From an uncultured virus (IMG/VR IMGVR_UViG_3300045580_000382) (taxonomy: Duplodnaviria; Heunggongvirae; Uroviricota; Caudoviricetes): a stretch of 64,000 bases of DNA. The stretch is taken from the IMG/VR virus record IMGVR_UViG_3300045580_000382. One strand, given 5' to 3'. Positions 1-10,362 of this stretch are shown here, piece by piece. A program made the translations under genes and the position numbers. A model generated the notes under the pieces. That model saw only the letters and a program-made list of their open reading frames with translations. It searched no databases and had not been told where the DNA came from. How positions within the stretch are numbered: the first letter of the stretch is position 1; each line of letters begins with the position of its first letter.

Positions 1-28
1 AGAAGAAAAGGCCCGTTTAGCCCCTGAA

Positions 29-2383
29 GTGTATGATTTCAACCGGGGATTTGGTAAATTCAAGGGTTTTGATGAAGTACAGGGTTTCCAAGGGGATACT
101 GTCTACGATCAACCCATTTCTATCCGTAATTTTGGCGAAAATACGCTCTTACAATCGCCAATTACACCCGATAATAACGTCCCAAAGGTAGCTGGACAGC
201 TCAATAACACCCTCACTGGGATGCATTACAGCCAACATCACGCTGATGATGCCTATGAAACTGGCTTCGGTGGAACGGAGCGTCCAAGATCTCTCCTTGA
301 AAAGGCTGCGTTAGGGGCGTTAGGGGTCGGCGCTGCTGCAGCGGGCCTGTATGGCGCACAAAAACTGACTGGCCGTGACCTTGGCGTTGGTCAGATCGGT
401 GGAATGGTCCGTAATCTGGGGCAACGCGCTAAGTCTGGCCTGAAATCTGCGCTTGGTCTTGCAAAAGAAGCAGCAGATCCCTCATTTGTTACACGAGAAG
501 GTGCAGAAAACATTCTTGCTGTAGCACAACACGGTACATCTGCGATTGATGACGTTGCTCCTGGCCTTGTTCGTGGTCAGAACGTTGTTCCTGCAGAGAT
601 TCGAGTTAATCAGACGCTGAAATCAAGGATTCCAGACCCCTGGGGTGAATCTGTTCTTGGTGCTGGTGGTCAAACTATGTCTGCGCCAGCACAACAGAGT
701 GTGATTGCTAGCCAAACCAGTGGTGCTGGTATTGATCCTGATATTCAATCGCGTGTTTCGCAGTTCACACAGAAGATTGGGTACAGCAGCCCTGCATTAG
801 AAACTGCTTCTATGCAACAAATGCGGCAACAAATGTCGCCAGGTTCTGTACTTGATCCAATGACTGGTCAAATTACAGAAGCTGCTAATGCTTCGTTCTT
901 TACAAACCCAGAACGAAACATTCGTCAGATGCCTGCCGAAAAATTTGCAGAAAGTGCTGATCCACTTAGGGGGCTTTTGGGTGCACAACGTCCACTCCCA
1001 GAAGGTTCTCTTTCTGGTGTGCAACGCCGCTTCTCTACTGATCCACGTGTTGCAACAGTACAGAAACAAGCAGAATCAATCTTCCAAGCAACTGGTGATC
1101 CTGGCGTAATCCGTTCTGCCTATGGAGAAGCACCTGGTTTACCTATCCGGGTTACTCTTCCCTCTGGTGAAACTGTTCCAACAGGGAATTTATATGAAGC
1201 ATTTGCTCCAGTAGTAAATCCAAAGACTGGTATTCCAGTTACAGAAGCTCGTGCTGAGAAGTTGCAAGGTGCATTAAACATGCAAGGCAAGATTAAAGCA
1301 CGTGCATTAGAGCAACTTGGTGTTCCTTCTACTTACCAACCATCACAAGCAGAACTTCAAAGCCTAGATCCACGCACTAAGAAACTTCTGGGTGAAACTG
1401 CAGGTGCAGTAAAAGCTGCACAAGCAAGCCTTGCTCAAGCAGAAGCAAATCCTCTTCTCTACAAGTTACGGCCTGAAGTAACAGAAGGTATTCGTGAAGT
1501 TCCTGTAATCAATCAAACCACTGGTGAAGTTGTTGGTTCACGTGTTGTTCCTGAAGTGCAAGGTATTCCAACAAGTGAGTATTACCAAATGCGTGCCGCA
1601 GGTGGTGCCGGCCGTGAAGAAGTTGGTGGTGTTGGCCGCCGACGGGAAGCTTTGGCGTCAGAAGGATTTATGGGTCCAAGCGGCAGTGCTATTGATACAA
1701 CTCCTTATCTCTATCGCAATGTTGAGACCGGTGATGTTTTAACAGAAGGTCAGTTCCAGCAATCTGGTTTACCTGCTCGTGCTGTGGTGCCGATGCGTGG
1801 CACTGCTGTTGAACCGCAACGAATTATGGGACAAGAAGGCCGTACCTTCAAAGGCGTTAGCGCTGATGTAATTGATCCACGTTCGTTTGATCCTGCTGCG
1901 CTTTCTCAGTTAGCAGCAAGCACGCCTGAAGTCATTGATCCTTCTACCGGTCTTGCTTATAGCCAGCAAGCAATGGGCGGTCAGCGTGCTGCACAACAAC
2001 GCCGTCAAATTGAAGCTGCTCGGCAAGGTGGTCGCCGTGTCCCAAGCCGGACTACCCCTGGCGCAACCATTCCAGCAAGTGTTCGTATGGGTGGTGCCAT
2101 CAGTGAAAGTGGTGCACCAGTTGAGATGGGTACACGCTTCTCGACTTGGCAACCAGCTGCACCAGGCAGTGAGCGTGCACAACAAGCTGAGCTGCTGCGT
2201 CAACGTGCTGAGTTGCAACGTCAAATCTTATCCGGTGAGCTGACACTTCCAAGCACACCATCTACAGAAGTTGTTCCAGTTCCTATTTCTTATCCACAAG
2301 GTACAAAGCGTGGTACTGCAAGTCCAGTACAAAAAGCAATTAGTCGCTATGCCCGCTTTGTTGGTAACCCATATGAGTTATGA
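29..2383 (+). CDS. Large Ala/Gly/Gln/Pro-rich protein, putative internal virion/ejection protein; probably 5'-truncated
   Basis: 784-aa ORF whose frame is open back to base 2. It has a glycine-zipper hydrophobic stretch (AALGALGVGAAAAGLYGA) and lies upstream of the packaging genes. Function is inferred. Confidence 0.55.
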   Translation: MYDFNRGFGKFKGFDEVQGFQGDTVYDQPISIRNFGENTLLQSPITPDNNVPKVAGQLNNTLTGMHYSQHHADDAYETGFGGTERPRSLLEKAALGALGVGAAAAGLYGAQKLTGRDLGVGQIGGMVRNLGQRAKSGLKSALGLAKEAADPSFVTREGAENILAVAQHGTSAIDDVAPGLVRGQNVVPAEIRVNQTLKSRIPDPWGESVLGAGGQTMSAPAQQSVIASQTSGAGIDPDIQSRVSQFTQKIGYSSPALETASMQQMRQQMSPGSVLDPMTGQITEAANASFFTNPERNIRQMPAEKFAESADPLRGLLGAQRPLPEGSLSGVQRRFSTDPRVATVQKQAESIFQATGDPGVIRSAYGEAPGLPIRVTLPSGETVPTGNLYEAFAPVVNPKTGIPVTEARAEKLQGALNMQGKIKARALEQLGVPSTYQPSQAELQSLDPRTKKLLGETAGAVKAAQASLAQAEANPLLYKLRPEVTEGIREVPVINQTTGEVVGSRVVPEVQGIPTSEYYQMRAAGGAGREEVGGVGRRREALASEGFMGPSGSAIDTTPYLYRNVETGDVLTEGQFQQSGLPARAVVPMRGTAVEPQRIMGQEGRTFKGVSADVIDPRSFDPAALSQLAASTPEVIDPSTGLAYSQQAMGGQRAAQQRRQIEAARQGGRRVPSRTTPGATIPASVRMGGAISESGAPVEMGTRFSTWQPAAPGSERAQQAELLRQRAELQRQILSGELTLPSTPSTEVVPVPISYPQGTKRGTASPVQKAISRYARFVGNPYEL

Positions 2384-2414
2384 CATTTAGAATAAACATT
2401 ATTGGGGAGTAATT

Positions 2415-2849
2415 ATGACAACCCTAGAGCCAATTATTGCCGTCATTCTTGGTGCTGGCCTTGCTGCTGGCGCTGGTTGGGCGGCGCGTTTGGTGTCTGC
2501 ACGTAATCTGATTAAGCACGGTCCAATTCTTTCCCGTGTTTATGACGTGCTTGATCCACTGCTGGAGCGTAACCTCCCATCCTGGAGTGGATCTGATGTT
2601 GAGTTTGCTATTGAGTTAGCAATTGAATCAGTTAGCGATGCACAGTTAACTGCTCCTGAACTGAAAGAGTTAGTGCTTGAAGTAAGCAAGCGCTGGTTAC
2701 CACAAGTTGCTGCAGATAAAGTACGTCGTTACGAAGCACTTGCAGAACGTCCTAAGACCTTACTTGCTGCTGATCTGTTAACCAATGTGGTTGCAGGTAA
2801 AGCAACTAAAGTAGAAACTCTGGAAACAGTTAAGCAATTACTGAAGTAA
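2415..2849 (+). CDS. Hypothetical protein with N-terminal transmembrane helix
   Basis: Preceded by TAGAAT and a GGGGAG RBS; hydrophobic N-terminus IIAVILGAGLAAGAGW. Confidence 0.7.
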   Translation: MTTLEPIIAVILGAGLAAGAGWAARLVSARNLIKHGPILSRVYDVLDPLLERNLPSWSGSDVEFAIELAIESVSDAQLTAPELKELVLEVSKRWLPQVAADKVRRYEALAERPKTLLAADLLTNVVAGKATKVETLETVKQLLK

Positions 2850-3055
2850 TGACAAGCGGTAAAGGTAACTGGATCCAAGGAGCCATCAAAAAACCTGGCT
2901 CCTTTTCTGCACAAGCAGATAAAGCTGGTATGTCTACAGCTGCATTTGCTAATGAAGTGATGGCTAATCCAGGTGACTATAGTGCTAAAACTCGAAAGCG
3001 TGCGCAGCTAGCAAAAACACTTGCTGGTATGCGTAAGAAAAAGAAAAAAGGTTAA
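2849..3055 (+). CDS. Small basic protein (WIQxAIKKPG type), possible DNA-condensing virion protein
   Basis: Lys-rich 68-aa ORF with TAATG coupling; the motif is common in aquatic phages. Confidence 0.65.
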   Translation: MTSGKGNWIQGAIKKPGSFSAQADKAGMSTAAFANEVMANPGDYSAKTRKRAQLAKTLAGMRKKKKKG

Positions 3056-3057
3056 CC

Positions 3058-3468
3058 GTGTTTAAAACTCAACTACCATATTTATCTCGGGTACCTGCTC
3101 AATCAAAAGAAGCAGGTGATTCGCTTGGTCCATTTGCAGACCAGCAGATGGCTGGTAGCAAAGAGTTTTTGAATAAGTGGTTAGCTGAATTACGCGACAC
3201 TAACGTCAATAAGTTACAGGATTATCGCAAGTTTGATGGTCAAACTGATCTAACAGTTGAGCCAGTTACTAGTGAGATTATTCCTAATACAGGTAAAGAT
3301 CCTTTTTATAACAGCGGTTTAGATTACTTGAAAAGGTTCATTGGACCTTATGATCGCAGTAGCGTTGTAGAGGACAAAGTAACACCAGGCACTATAACAA
3401 ATATCATTAAAGAAGCAGCTGAAAAAGTAAAAGAATTCCCTGGTGCAGACGGCACTCGAATCTCATGA
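3058..3468 (+). CDS. Hypothetical protein with two FL/YL-xx-aromatic motifs
   Basis: Tightly packed ORF; KEFLNKWL and LDYLKRFI. Confidence 0.65.
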   Translation: MFKTQLPYLSRVPAQSKEAGDSLGPFADQQMAGSKEFLNKWLAELRDTNVNKLQDYRKFDGQTDLTVEPVTSEIIPNTGKDPFYNSGLDYLKRFIGPYDRSSVVEDKVTPGTITNIIKEAAEKVKEFPGADGTRIS

Positions 3469-4148
3469 TCCCGCAATTATTACGAATGGCTGGGCAACGC
3501 TTGTTGCCAATTGTTGCTCCAGCTGGTGCCAAACAGTTTGCTAGAGAAGCTGCTCAAGGTGCTGCACTAAACCTGGCTTTAGAACAAGGACTTCCTCTTG
3601 CCTTAGGTCAAGAAGGTCGTCCCTTACCTGAAAGCATCATACGTTCTGCATCCATTGGATTACTGGGTGGTCCAGCTGAACGTGCTGTATTGGGCGGTGC
3701 AAAGAAGATGATCCCAGGACTCTCCACCATGGAAGGTCGGGTTAATCAACGCTTAGCTGGCATGGGCATCCCAGCTGCTGTTGCAACTGGTGCTGCTGGC
3801 CTTGCTGCCAGTGCTGGGCGACTTGGTTTAGGAACTCTGGGCCAAGCCGCTTTTGTGGAACCAATCAGTACTGCGGTTACTCGTTCTGTTTTCCCAGAAG
3901 GTTTAGGTGGCGGACGCAATCAACAAACTGGAATGCAAGCTGATCTTGCTGGTGCTGCCGTTGCACCGCAGATGGCAACTGGCATGAATTCAATGGATGC
4001 AGAAGCACAACATCGCCGCCAGCTGGAATTAATTTATGCACGGAACTATAAGTTCCCAAGTTACATTCATCACGTTTCCCAATCAACTCAAAACCCATTT
4101 GAGATTGCAAACCAATTGGTTAATGTTCCGACAGTAAATTATTTCTGA
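3465..4148 (+). CDS. Gly/Ala-rich putative internal virion protein with C-terminal tag
   Basis: ATGA overlap; glycine-zipper segments; ends NPFEIANQLVNVPTVNYF. Confidence 0.65.
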   Translation: MIPQLLRMAGQRLLPIVAPAGAKQFAREAAQGAALNLALEQGLPLALGQEGRPLPESIIRSASIGLLGGPAERAVLGGAKKMIPGLSTMEGRVNQRLAGMGIPAAVATGAAGLAASAGRLGLGTLGQAAFVEPISTAVTRSVFPEGLGGGRNQQTGMQADLAGAAVAPQMATGMNSMDAEAQHRRQLELIYARNYKFPSYIHHVSQSTQNPFEIANQLVNVPTVNYF

Positions 4149-4150
4149 TC

Positions 4151-5359
4151 ATGTCTAGGTTTGCAAATATTACCAACTATCTTTCTAATAGCGCTAAAGC
4201 ATTAGAAAACTTTGGTTCTGAGTTTGGTACTTACCTGCAAGAAGGTTTAAATATTGGCCGTGGTGCTAGCGGCCCACGTGCTGCTTATGGTGGAATTAAG
4301 GAGGCAGTAGGTTATGCCAAGCAAGGTAATCTTCCACTGGCCGCTGCAACTGGCGCACTTGATGTTTTAACAGATGCAAGTCGTGGTACTTATTGGTTTT
4401 TGAACCACGCACTTGCAGTTAGCAAAAACGTTGGTCGCTATGCCGGTGAAAAGATGGGACTTGATCCTGTTACTACAGATTTACTTGGCCGTAGTACACC
4501 CTTTGCTGTTGCTGCTTTAGGTGGTGCAGTTGGTAATCCGTTAACAGGCGGTCGTCCTGCTGGCTACAAAAGTATCCTGCCAGTCTCTAAAGAAGAAGAT
4601 CCAACAGGTCGCACCTCTGCAAATCCTGCTGCTGAATCTGTTCTGCGCTACTTTACTGGCCGTCGTGGTGATCCGCTACCGTATCAAACATTTAAAGAAG
4701 AACGTCCTGATGTTGCTTATCCCACGTATCAGAAGTATCTGCAATATAAGCATATGAAGCCGGATGGTTTATTTAAAGTTGATCCTAATACTCAATCTTT
4801 TGTTGGACCACTTGGTATTATTAAAGGTACAGCACGTGGATTAAATGAACCAGAAGTTGCATATTTTGGTTTCCCTGTTACGGCATCCACAGCTATTGGT
4901 ACTGCAGCTGCTCTTGGCACAACAGGTGCGCTCTACAAAGCGTTGCCAGAACAGATGAGGAATGCAAAAATTTCTGTTGCAGCATCTCCTGCTATGCAAC
5001 GCGCTGCGCAAGAAGTAGGACAAGAAGCAGCTGTTGCTCGTGCTGGCGCCAAACTTGGTAAGGTAACTGAACGTGCTGCAGATGATTTATCAGATATTGC
5101 CCGCCAGCTCCGTAAACCAGAAGTGATTAACACTCCATCAATTGGTACATCGCTAGGTTTAGTTGCAGCTGGTTTAGGCGCTGGTTACTTAGCAAAGAAA
5201 GCATCGCAAAGTGTGTTTAGACAACAAGCAGAAGAACGTTTGAAGAAGGAAGAACCGGTAGAATATTTAAGAAATAAATACGGTTCTCTGCAAGCAGCTC
5301 GGGAGCAGCTACAGCAACCTGTTTCTAGCTGGGAACAACTATCCTCTTACGGTGTTTAA
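4151..5359 (+). CDS. Ala/Gly-rich putative internal virion/ejection protein
   Basis: 402-aa ORF in the operon with several hydrophobic Gly/Ala helices. Confidence 0.6.
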   Translation: MSRFANITNYLSNSAKALENFGSEFGTYLQEGLNIGRGASGPRAAYGGIKEAVGYAKQGNLPLAAATGALDVLTDASRGTYWFLNHALAVSKNVGRYAGEKMGLDPVTTDLLGRSTPFAVAALGGAVGNPLTGGRPAGYKSILPVSKEEDPTGRTSANPAAESVLRYFTGRRGDPLPYQTFKEERPDVAYPTYQKYLQYKHMKPDGLFKVDPNTQSFVGPLGIIKGTARGLNEPEVAYFGFPVTASTAIGTAAALGTTGALYKALPEQMRNAKISVAASPAMQRAAQEVGQEAAVARAGAKLGKVTERAADDLSDIARQLRKPEVINTPSIGTSLGLVAAGLGAGYLAKKASQSVFRQQAEERLKKEEPVEYLRNKYGSLQAAREQLQQPVSSWEQLSSYGV

Positions 5360-5361
5360 AG

Positions 5362-5826
5362 ATGGCTTTTAGCTTTGATAAAGATAGTGGTTACGGCGGC
5401 TTCAGTGTTGATGAAGAAGGTACATTTGATTTGCCAGGTTTATCTGGTTCAGGAGCTTTATCTCCTGGTGGAATAAATCAATATGTTGATGTATCTTATG
5501 GGGATTACAATCCTTTAAGTTCTGGTAATTCTTTAAATAAAATCTTAGAAGCTTTGAATAAAGCAAACGCCTACAAAGCACAAAATAGCGGTGCTTCTGG
5601 TTTGCGGAATGCAGGTGGTGGATCGACAGTAGAACCAATTGGTAAAAGCACTTATGTGATTAATAGGGCACCAATTCAAAAGGTTACTGGTGGCACTAGC
5701 GGTGGCTTAGGTTCAACCCTTGGTGGTATTGCTGGCACCGCATTATCTTTTATTCCAGGTGTTGGTCCTGCTGCAGGTGCTTTACTTCCTAAAGTTGGTT
5801 CTGCAGTTGGCGGTTTGTTTGGTTGA
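5362..5826 (+). CDS. Gly/Ser-rich protein with C-terminal glycine zipper
   Basis: C-terminus GLGSTLGGIAGTALSFIPGVGPAAGALLPKVGSAVGGLFG is typical of pilot/ejection proteins. Confidence 0.6.
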   Translation: MAFSFDKDSGYGGFSVDEEGTFDLPGLSGSGALSPGGINQYVDVSYGDYNPLSSGNSLNKILEALNKANAYKAQNSGASGLRNAGGGSTVEPIGKSTYVINRAPIQKVTGGTSGGLGSTLGGIAGTALSFIPGVGPAAGALLPKVGSAVGGLFG

Positions 5827-5886
5827 TCTAATACCAAGCTTTCAAAGAGTACCTCTTTTAAAATAACAATTAAGAGGATTTGAATT

Positions 5887-6663
5887 ATGTTACCTGCTTT
5901 ACTTGGTGCTGGCCGGATGGCTATGCAGGGATTGCCTTACATCTCTGCTGCTATTGGTGGTCTGCCTGGTTTAATGAAAGGCAACCTCGGAGAAGCTGCA
6001 ACTGGCGCAGGCCTTGGTTACTTAGGTGGCCGCTTTGCAAAACCTGGTTTAGCCAAGGGTGCAGGCCAAGTTGTTAGTGCAGCACCAGGTGTTGCTTCTG
6101 CACTGGGTTCCACAATGCCTGTTGGTAAAGCGCTTCAGTTGGGTGCTCTTGCTGGCACTGGTCTTGCCGCTGGTGTTGCTGCCCCACTGATTGGTCGCGT
6201 CGCTGGTGCAGCTGCTCAACCGATTTCTTCGATTACTGGTCAAGCAGGTCGCGCTGCAACTGGTGCCGCTGGTCTCGGTCAGCAAGCAACTGGTATTGGT
6301 CTGCCTCAATTACCTGACGTGCCTGGTTATACCGTTGGTGGCAACCTCAGCCAGTACGGTCCTCCTGGTGCTGTGGGTTATGCAGATCCTACTGGCGCAA
6401 TTCAAAGCCAGCTGCGTTTTGAAAATCAGCAATATGCACAAAGCATGGCTAATGCTCTGCGCTATGCTCCATATCAAGAAGCCTACGCTCAGCGCTCTAA
6501 AGAAGCTGATCTCCGCCGTGGTGCTGCAGCTGCTCAACTGCAAACCGCTCTTGCAACTGATGCAGCAATGCGTCAGCAAGGACAACTGGGTGCACAACGC
6601 ATGGCAGAAGGTTTACTAAATAATATTGGTCAAGCTGCTGCTACCCAATATCGTTATTTCTGA
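5887..6663 (+). CDS. Gly/Ala-rich membrane-inserting protein with Gln-rich helical C-terminus (putative ejection protein)
   Basis: TAAAAT and a GAGG RBS upstream; glycine zippers followed by an Ala/Gln helix. Confidence 0.6.
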   Translation: MLPALLGAGRMAMQGLPYISAAIGGLPGLMKGNLGEAATGAGLGYLGGRFAKPGLAKGAGQVVSAAPGVASALGSTMPVGKALQLGALAGTGLAAGVAAPLIGRVAGAAAQPISSITGQAGRAATGAAGLGQQATGIGLPQLPDVPGYTVGGNLSQYGPPGAVGYADPTGAIQSQLRFENQQYAQSMANALRYAPYQEAYAQRSKEADLRRGAAAAQLQTALATDAAMRQQGQLGAQRMAEGLLNNIGQAAATQYRYF

Positions 6664-6678
6664 TAGGGAGCTAATTCG

Positions 6679-7239
6679 ATGGCTCGCACCAAAGGCAACC
6701 CTTATCCTTACTTCACTTCTGATGTTCGTGGCATTAGCCCGACAGCATCTTGGAATATAGCAACAGCACAACCGTTCTTCAGCCCCCAGTACGGTCTTGA
6801 TACTTCTACTGGCCGGCGTGATGCTGAAAGGGTTGCTGAAGCTTTAACTGGTAATCCGTTTGCAACTGGCAGTGAATCAGTTCAATTTGGTTCAGTTCCT
6901 AGCTATGAGGTCGCTGGTGGTTTTGACACCAATCCTTATAAGCAGTTGATTAGTGATTTAGAGAAAAAAGCGTTTGGATCAGAAGCTAAGCAACAGTTGC
7001 TTGGTTTAGGATCTGGATTAGCTTTCTCGGCAGCATCCTTGCCATTGGTTGAAAGATTGCGTAATCTGGATTATTCGCTTGGCTTACAAGCCGATATCGA
7101 ATCTCCAACACGTCAATCAGAAAGGAACCTCAGGCTGCAGCAACAGCAACAATTAGCAAGTAGTTCGATCTCTGATCGTTTGCGTGCTTTAGCTGCTGTA
7201 CGACAGGGTGCATCCTCTGGCTTTAATCTCAGCGCTTAA
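6679..7239 (+). CDS. Hypothetical protein, putative internal virion protein
   Basis: GGGAG RBS; one hydrophobic segment and a Gln-rich C-terminus. Confidence 0.6.
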   Translation: MARTKGNPYPYFTSDVRGISPTASWNIATAQPFFSPQYGLDTSTGRRDAERVAEALTGNPFATGSESVQFGSVPSYEVAGGFDTNPYKQLISDLEKKAFGSEAKQQLLGLGSGLAFSAASLPLVERLRNLDYSLGLQADIESPTRQSERNLRLQQQQQLASSSISDRLRALAAVRQGASSGFNLSA

Positions 7240-7245
7240 TTAGTC

Positions 7246-8088
7246 ATGGCAAATCAAGGCAATAAAGGCCAAGGAGGAAAGGGCCAAGGCAATAAAAACC
7301 AAGGGGGTAAAAAACAAGCCCCTAAAAACCAAGGCGGCAAGAAACAGGCTCCTAAAAAACAAGCCCCTAAGAATCAACCACCAAAAAAACAAGCAGCTCA
7401 AAATCAAGTCCTTATCAATCAAGGGCCTAAAAACCAAGGTGCTAAGCAAGGAAACAAGCAGGGTAATAAGCAAGGAAACAAGCAGGGTAATAAGCAAGGT
7501 AATAAGCAAGGTAATCGTCAGCAACAACAACCTGCACAAACACCAACACAAACCAGTAGCCAGGATTTCCTCAAGACATTCTTGAGTGAAGCTGAACAGG
7601 GTAGGGGTATTGATTTCCTTAGGACGTTTGATACTTCTTCTATTACTGAGAACTTGACTGCTGGCCAGCAGCAAGCCTTTAATCTCACGACTCAGCTTCT
7701 TGATCAGCAGAACGAGCTTGATCTTGCTAATGCTGATAACCAAACTCGAATTCAGTTAGGTTCTCAGAACCTGCAGGGTGTTCAGGCTCAGGCAGATGCA
7801 ACTAAGTTTGCATCCAGTGAGCAGGCTGGTGCAACCAAGTTTGCTTCTCAACAGGAAGCAGAAGCAACTAAATTTGCTTCTGTCCAATCAGCAGAAGCTC
7901 AGAAGTTTGCAGCAACTGAGCAGGCACGGGGTTCGATTGAAACAGAGCGAGTTCGTTCTGAAAGCCTGGAGCGTCAGATTGGTTTAAGTGGAGAGGAAAC
8001 TCGGAAGACTGATCTACAATCAGAGTTGTTCCGTCGATTCAAAGAAGCGAAGGATCAGCTGGACGCACTTAAAGCTTTCAAAGCATGA
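7246..8088 (+). CDS. Low-complexity K/Q/G/N/P N-terminus plus 11-residue-repeat helical C-terminus
   Basis: GGKKQAPKNQ repeats, KQGN x6, then four A-x-A-(T/Q)-KFA-xxxx hendecad repeats. Confidence 0.75.
   Translation: MANQGNKGQGGKGQGNKNQGGKKQAPKNQGGKKQAPKKQAPKNQPPKKQAAQNQVLINQGPKNQGAKQGNKQGNKQGNKQGNKQGNKQGNRQQQQPAQTPTQTSSQDFLKTFLSEAEQGRGIDFLRTFDTSSITENLTAGQQQAFNLTTQLLDQQNELDLANADNQTRIQLGSQNLQGVQAQADATKFASSEQAGATKFASQQEAEATKFASVQSAEAQKFAATEQARGSIETERVRSESLERQIGLSGEETRKTDLQSELFRRFKEAKDQLDALKAFKA
7444..7515 (+). repeat. 12-nt tandem repeat x6 encoding KQGN
   Basis: Units of the form aagcarggwaay, read directly. Confidence 0.9.
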
Positions 8089-8570
8089 TTTCCTGGCTAG
8101 AGACTCTAAGCCCCAACGAAAAAGAAGCCTTCCTTACATTCTGTAAAAAACACTCCTCTCCAATTCAGATGTACCTGTATGCCCGATTTCTCGGGTATAT
8201 GGGTACCATCGTTGAGTGTGATGAATGGCAGCAAGCTACTTTTAAGAAACGCAATCTCCAGCTGATCCTGGAGATGGAAATTGACAGTATGCGTGAGGAC
8301 GTGGAGAAGCTGCGTCAGGCTATTGATCTTGGCATGGTTAAGCAGGACAACGGTACTGCCCGTATTGCCATGCTTCAGAAGGAGCTGCGTGGTGCCATCA
8401 AGCAGATCCAAGATGAGCGTTACGTTGGAGACAAGCAAGGTTTGATCCTTGCTGGTGCAGACCGTGCACTGCGAGAGATCGTCTTGATCTTTAAGGACGA
8501 TCCGATTGAAGGTCCACTGCAGGATGCTGTGATGGCAGTCTGGACCAAAATTCTGTCGGAAGAATCCTGA
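8085..8570 (+). CDS. Putative terminase small subunit
   Basis: 161-aa helical/coiled-coil protein directly upstream of TerL; positional inference only. Confidence 0.45.
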   Translation: MISWLETLSPNEKEAFLTFCKKHSSPIQMYLYARFLGYMGTIVECDEWQQATFKKRNLQLILEMEIDSMREDVEKLRQAIDLGMVKQDNGTARIAMLQKELRGAIKQIQDERYVGDKQGLILAGADRALREIVLIFKDDPIEGPLQDAVMAVWTKILSEES

Positions 8571-8593
8571 GTTTAGGGAGTTAGGGTAAGGAG

Positions 8594-10117
8594 ATGGCTA
8601 ACACATCTCTTTACGCGGTTTACCGTCGCACAGCACGGGCTGGCGCAAAGCAACAGGTTGTCAAGAAAACAAGTGATGTTGATGTAGAGAAGGCACGGAC
8701 TGACTTTGCTTACTTCTGTGATGTTGTAGGCGACAAACCACCAGCTAGTCACCACAAGGAGTGGCACCGGTACTTGTGTACAGGTGAGGATAGTGAATGC
8801 TTGCTTGGCATTGCTGGACCCAACATTGACATCCTGGCACCACGTGGTTCAGCAAAGTCAACAGTCCTTGGTTTGTTTACTGCGTGGGCCATTGGTGTTC
8901 ATGCATTACATAAGAAGCCACTAAAGATTCTTTATATCTCTTATACGGTTGATGTTGCACGTCCTAAGAGTGCAGCAATCAAACGAATCATTGAAGAAAG
9001 TAAGATCTATAAAGAGATCTTTCCAATGGTAAAGATTGCCAAAGGAATTAACTCCAACGAATACTGGAGTATTGATTGGAAGTTTGCTGGTATTAAATCA
9101 ACTGGTGAAGAAGAGTTTACTGTTTGTTGTGCAGGTTTGAAAGGTGCAGTGACCTCTAAGCGTTCACATCTTTGTATTATTGATGACGCTATTAAGTCTG
9201 CAGATGATATTAAGAACAGAGATATTCGTGCTGCTATGGAAGATAACTGGAACTCAGTTATTGTTCCCACTATGTTTGAAGGTGGACGTGCAGTTTGTCT
9301 TGGTACTCGTTTCCGCCATGATGATATTCATAACAGTACATTTACACCAACTAATGACTGGGTGCAGATCGTTCAATCCGCAATCACGTTAGATGAAGAA
9401 GGAGAAGAACATTCCTACTGGCCAGAGATGTGGTCGTTAGAATATCTAAATGAGAGGAAACGCCAAGCTCCTATTAGCTTTAGTTTCCAGTATCAGAATC
9501 AGATCGTACAAACCAGTGAGCTTTCAATCTCACCCGATCTGATTATTAAAAGTAAAATTCCTACGGAGTTTGATACCCTCGGTGTTGGAGTCGATCTTTC
9601 TGCTGGTGTACGTGAGCGTAACGATTACAGCGTTTTTGTTCTTGGCGGGCGAGTAGGCGACAAGATCTACATCATTGATTGCAAGCGTATCCGGATTATG
9701 GGTAATCTGGAAAAGCTAGAAGCAATCATGGAGATGATGTATGAGTGGGGAATTGTCTACAAAGATGGTGATAAATACTTGCCTAGTGGTTCATCAGTTG
9801 ATATTTGGTCAGAAGCTGTAGCGTATCAAGCATCCCTGGAGGCTGACTTTAAACGTATCTGTCTGGGGGAACATGGTCTTTACAATTTGCTTTGGCATCC
9901 AGTAAAAGGATTCCGTGGTGACAAGCTTGCACGGTTCCGCGGAATCATGGGTTTATTTGAGCAGCACAAGATCTTCTTTAATAAGTTCCGCAAGTTCCAA
10001 GCACTGCAAGATGAGATCATCAACTTTGGTGTTAGTTCTCATGATGACTGTGTTGACGCTTTAGTTTGGTTGTGCAATGGTTTGATGTCCAGGGGTCGCC
10101 TGGAGTTGGAATATTAA
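8594..10117 (+). CDS. terL: Terminase large subunit
   Basis: Walker A APRGSAKST, Walker B CIIDD, coupling motif LGTRF, RNase H-like nuclease GVDL...DYS...HDDCVDAL. Confidence 0.95.
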   Translation: MANTSLYAVYRRTARAGAKQQVVKKTSDVDVEKARTDFAYFCDVVGDKPPASHHKEWHRYLCTGEDSECLLGIAGPNIDILAPRGSAKSTVLGLFTAWAIGVHALHKKPLKILYISYTVDVARPKSAAIKRIIEESKIYKEIFPMVKIAKGINSNEYWSIDWKFAGIKSTGEEEFTVCCAGLKGAVTSKRSHLCIIDDAIKSADDIKNRDIRAAMEDNWNSVIVPTMFEGGRAVCLGTRFRHDDIHNSTFTPTNDWVQIVQSAITLDEEGEEHSYWPEMWSLEYLNERKRQAPISFSFQYQNQIVQTSELSISPDLIIKSKIPTEFDTLGVGVDLSAGVRERNDYSVFVLGGRVGDKIYIIDCKRIRIMGNLEKLEAIMEMMYEWGIVYKDGDKYLPSGSSVDIWSEAVAYQASLEADFKRICLGEHGLYNLLWHPVKGFRGDKLARFRGIMGLFEQHKIFFNKFRKFQALQDEIINFGVSSHDDCVDALVWLCNGLMSRGRLELEY

Positions 10118-10157
10118 AGTTAGAGTATTGTCGGAATTAAACTGATACTAAGTCCAC

Positions 10158-10343
10158 ATGAGCACAAGTTATTTCACTGTTGAACTGGAGCAAGATGCTT
10201 ACGGTTCAGCTATCATTCCGTTACCTGATGAGTTGTGTCACGACATGGCTCTACAACCAGGCACTGAGTTTGATATCGAAGTAGAGGATGACGTGATTAC
10301 TCTCAAGCGTCTCCAAAGTGGCTACGAGATTGAAGACACCTGA
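10158..10343 (+). CDS. AbrB/MazE-like swapped-hairpin DNA-binding protein
   Basis: Pattern GSAIIPLPDELCHDMALQPGTEFDIEVEDDVITLK. Confidence 0.75.
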   Translation: MSTSYFTVELEQDAYGSAIIPLPDELCHDMALQPGTEFDIEVEDDVITLKRLQSGYEIEDT

Positions 10344-10362
10344 TTAACCCCGGATTCTTATT

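Noticed and set aside
7240..7743. 167-aa hydrophobic antisense ORF
   Set aside because: Mirror of the KQGN repeats in gene 7246.
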